A DNA stretch of 20,000 nucleotides from Archaeoglobus sp. JdFR-37. GTDB lineage: Archaea; Halobacteriota; Archaeoglobi; Archaeoglobales; Archaeoglobaceae. Position 1 is the first letter of the stretch. Each line of letters begins with the position of its first letter. Of the stretch, positions 17,929 through 20,000 are shown piece after piece. The position numbers were made by a program, and so were the translations under genes. The notes beneath the pieces are model-generated. The model saw only the letters and a program-made list of their open reading frames with translations. It made no database searches and was not told where the DNA came from. The stretch is taken from assembly GCA_002010215.1 (NCBI GenBank), contig MTMY01000047.1, forward strand, positions 112,263-132,262, written 5' to 3'.

Positions 17929-19038
17929 ATGGATTACATAGCCATTGCCTTTTTAGCATGCTTAATTCTGGCATTAGTTGTAAAAAAGCTTTCCTTGCCC
18001 CCCATTCCATTTTATATAATGTCTGGTATATTTCTTGGCAGCTCTGGTTTAAATATTGTTGCTAGAAGTGAGATCTCCTTGTTTTTGAGCAACCTTGGTC
18101 TGATTTTTCTCTTGTTCTATATGGGTCTTGAACTCAAACTTGGAAGGTTTGCCGAAAAGAAATCGGACATTCTGATAGGAGGATTTATTGATATGAATAT
18201 AAATATGATAATTGGATTCCTTGTGGCATTTCTTATTGGTTTTGAGGTTCATGATGCTATTGTATTTGCCTCTGCCTTTTACATCAGCAGTTCTGCCATA
18301 GCAATTTCGTCTCTCATCGAAAACAAAAAACTCTTTCTTCCCGAATCCGAAACGGTTGTGTGGCTGATGATTTTCGAAGACATTATTCTCGTTTTGATAA
18401 TTTTTCTGCTCTCTGCTGAGTTTGCCAACCTTTTCACACTTCTCCTTGAAACTTTTGTCATGGTTATATCTTTTTTTGGCATCTCCAAGTTTGCTAAGGG
18501 ATACCTGTTTCGGATTATGACGAGAGGTGACGAAATCCCAGTTCTTCTCACTTTTTCATCAGTTCTTCTGGTGTCTTATTTTTCTAGGCTCCTCGGAGTT
18601 CCGGAAGCGCTTGCAGTAATAGCTTTGGGCTCGGCTCTTTCTACTGTGAACTCAAAAGAATTTGAGAGAATCTCGAAACCTTTCAAAGACGTCTTTCTTG
18701 TCCTTTTCTTTTTCTTTTTCGGAGTTTCAATGGAGTTTACGGGAGAACTTTCAGTTATACCATTTATAGTGATGGGCTTGGTAGCTGTCGGGAGTAAAAT
18801 GCTCTCGGGGCTTGCTATGGGGAGAGTTATACATGGTTCTTATTTCTCAGGTTTTGAGATTGGGGCAAATAGCATTGCGCGGGGAGAGTTCTCAATAGTA
18901 ATTGCCTCCCTATACGCCTCAGACTTGGTTTCTGCGGCGGTTACTGTAATGGTTTTGATGACGTCACTAATCGGATCTTTCATGGCGAAGTATAGTTTTG
19001 TGATGAGGAGGATATTAAAAGAAAAGGTTGGTAGGTAG
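17929..19038 (+). CDS. khtU: CPA2-family K+/H+ antiporter (KhtU-like)
   Basis: LGLIFLLFYMGLE, YISSSAI, LMIFEDI, KDVFLVLFFFFFG, ARGEFS; follows the khtT-like gene. Confidence 0.88.
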   Translation: MDYIAIAFLACLILALVVKKLSLPPIPFYIMSGIFLGSSGLNIVARSEISLFLSNLGLIFLLFYMGLELKLGRFAEKKSDILIGGFIDMNINMIIGFLVAFLIGFEVHDAIVFASAFYISSSAIAISSLIENKKLFLPESETVVWLMIFEDIILVLIIFLLSAEFANLFTLLLETFVMVISFFGISKFAKGYLFRIMTRGDEIPVLLTFSSVLLVSYFSRLLGVPEALAVIALGSALSTVNSKEFERISKPFKDVFLVLFFFFFGVSMEFTGELSVIPFIVMGLVAVGSKMLSGLAMGRVIHGSYFSGFEIGANSIARGEFSIVIASLYASDLVSAAVTVMVLMTSLIGSFMAKYSFVMRRILKEKVGR

Positions 19039-19130
19039 TTGTAGATAGTTGTAATAATCTGTTATAGGGCTCTTACAAAACCATCACTTCAATCTTAACT
19101 CTAACACCCCTAAACCAAAAACAACCACTT

Positions 19131-20000
19131 TATGCACCAGCAAAAGCAACAACAGTTATAAAGATCGTTCTGGCTTCGATGTTCTTCTCAACAACGATTT
19201 CTCACGTCGTTGAAGAGCTGAAGCGGAGAAAAGAGCTCAGAGAGTTCCTAGGAATAAATGAAGTTCCAAAGACCGGATACATCTACTTTTTCCTTTCAAA
19301 ATTCGATTTAAACGACTTTACAGCAATGGTTTTGAGAATTCTCAACTCAATAACCAGGAAAAGGCAGAGAAACACCTCATAGTTGATTGCACAGATGTCA
19401 GCGTTGACGTTAACTGGTTTAGAAGGCCTGTCAGACAGATGGATCTAGAAGGAAAAGACTACAAGTGGGGGTTACTCAGCGAAAGGATTGTTTGTAGGCA
19501 TGAAGCTAACTCTGGTTCTGGAGCACCCATCTCTTAAGCCTCTACTCTTCTTACTTCATCCAGCAAACAGGCATGAGGCTAGGATCTTTCAGGAAGTCTT
19601 AGATGAGCTGAAAGGGAGGAAAATAATCAGGAGAGGAGATGTGGTAATCATGGACAAGGGATTCTACGCCTACAGGAACTATCTGATCGGGATAAAGTAC
19701 GGGATTGTTCCTCTGATCTTTCCCCGCTCTAACTTCGATTTAAGCAGATTAGATGGTTTGCTGAGCTATCCTCTCAGCATTTTAGGTTCAAAGGATTTGG
19801 GGAAAGAGAGGAGGAGATTTAGGGCTTTGAAGGCTAAGCTGATTAATTTATTGCTGAGGTGGCAGGAGTTCAAGGTTGTCAGAGCTGTTATTGAGGATAT
19901 TTTAAACTCGCAAAATCATTCGGATTGAGGAAATTGCACCGCTGCACAAGGAGGTCTGTGCTAAAGTTCGCAGCTCTGAATGTCCTTTTAGTTGGGATGG
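19131..20000 (+). pseudogene. Degenerate IS4/IS5-like DDE transposase with three frameshifts
   Basis: Stitched reading: ...KIVLASMFFSTT...RQRNT / LIVDCTDVSVDVNWFRR...YKWG / YSAKGLFVGMKL...IMDKGFY...RAVIEDI / KLAKSFGLRKLHR.... DDE triad is visible. Shifts at about 19375, 19467-19471 (G5) and 19900-19903 (T4). Confidence 0.85.

Noticed and set aside
215..18551. Numerous 60-155 aa ORFs antisense to or overlapping the called genes
   Set aside because: Shadow frames of well-supported genes with no motifs of their own.
1..20000. CRISPR array or defence system
   Set aside because: No regularly spaced 24-40 bp repeats and no cas, restriction or toxin-antitoxin motifs seen.

Overview
Archaeal, gene-dense DNA, most consistent with Archaeoglobales. 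The basis is GGTGA/GGAGG Shine-Dalgarno motifs, an archaeal-type tRNA-Gln with an A1-U72 pair and no encoded CCA, and an AbrB-PhoU regulator beside a pst operon; the taxonomy is inference. Left to right: a 5'-truncated phenylacetate-CoA ligase family gene, an unannotated 28-aa single-TM ORF, a sodium:solute symporter and an Lrp/AsnC regulator; a PNPOx-like FMN-binding protein and a Nif3 protein; a pstSCAB-arsC-phoU operon divergent from an AbrB-PhoU regulator; tRNA-Gln(CTG); two family III CoA-transferases (one lacking the catalytic Asp) divergent from an HDAC-fold hydrolase lacking the catalytic Tyr; an orphan 7-TM protein; a DHH phosphoesterase divergent from a KhtT/KhtU-like K+/H+ antiporter pair; and a frameshifted DDE transposase. 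The best candidate for an undescribed system is the CoA-transferase pair plus atypical HDAC module. Short 9-14 bp tandem duplications recur at gene junctions. No database searches were run; all calls are from motif recognition.
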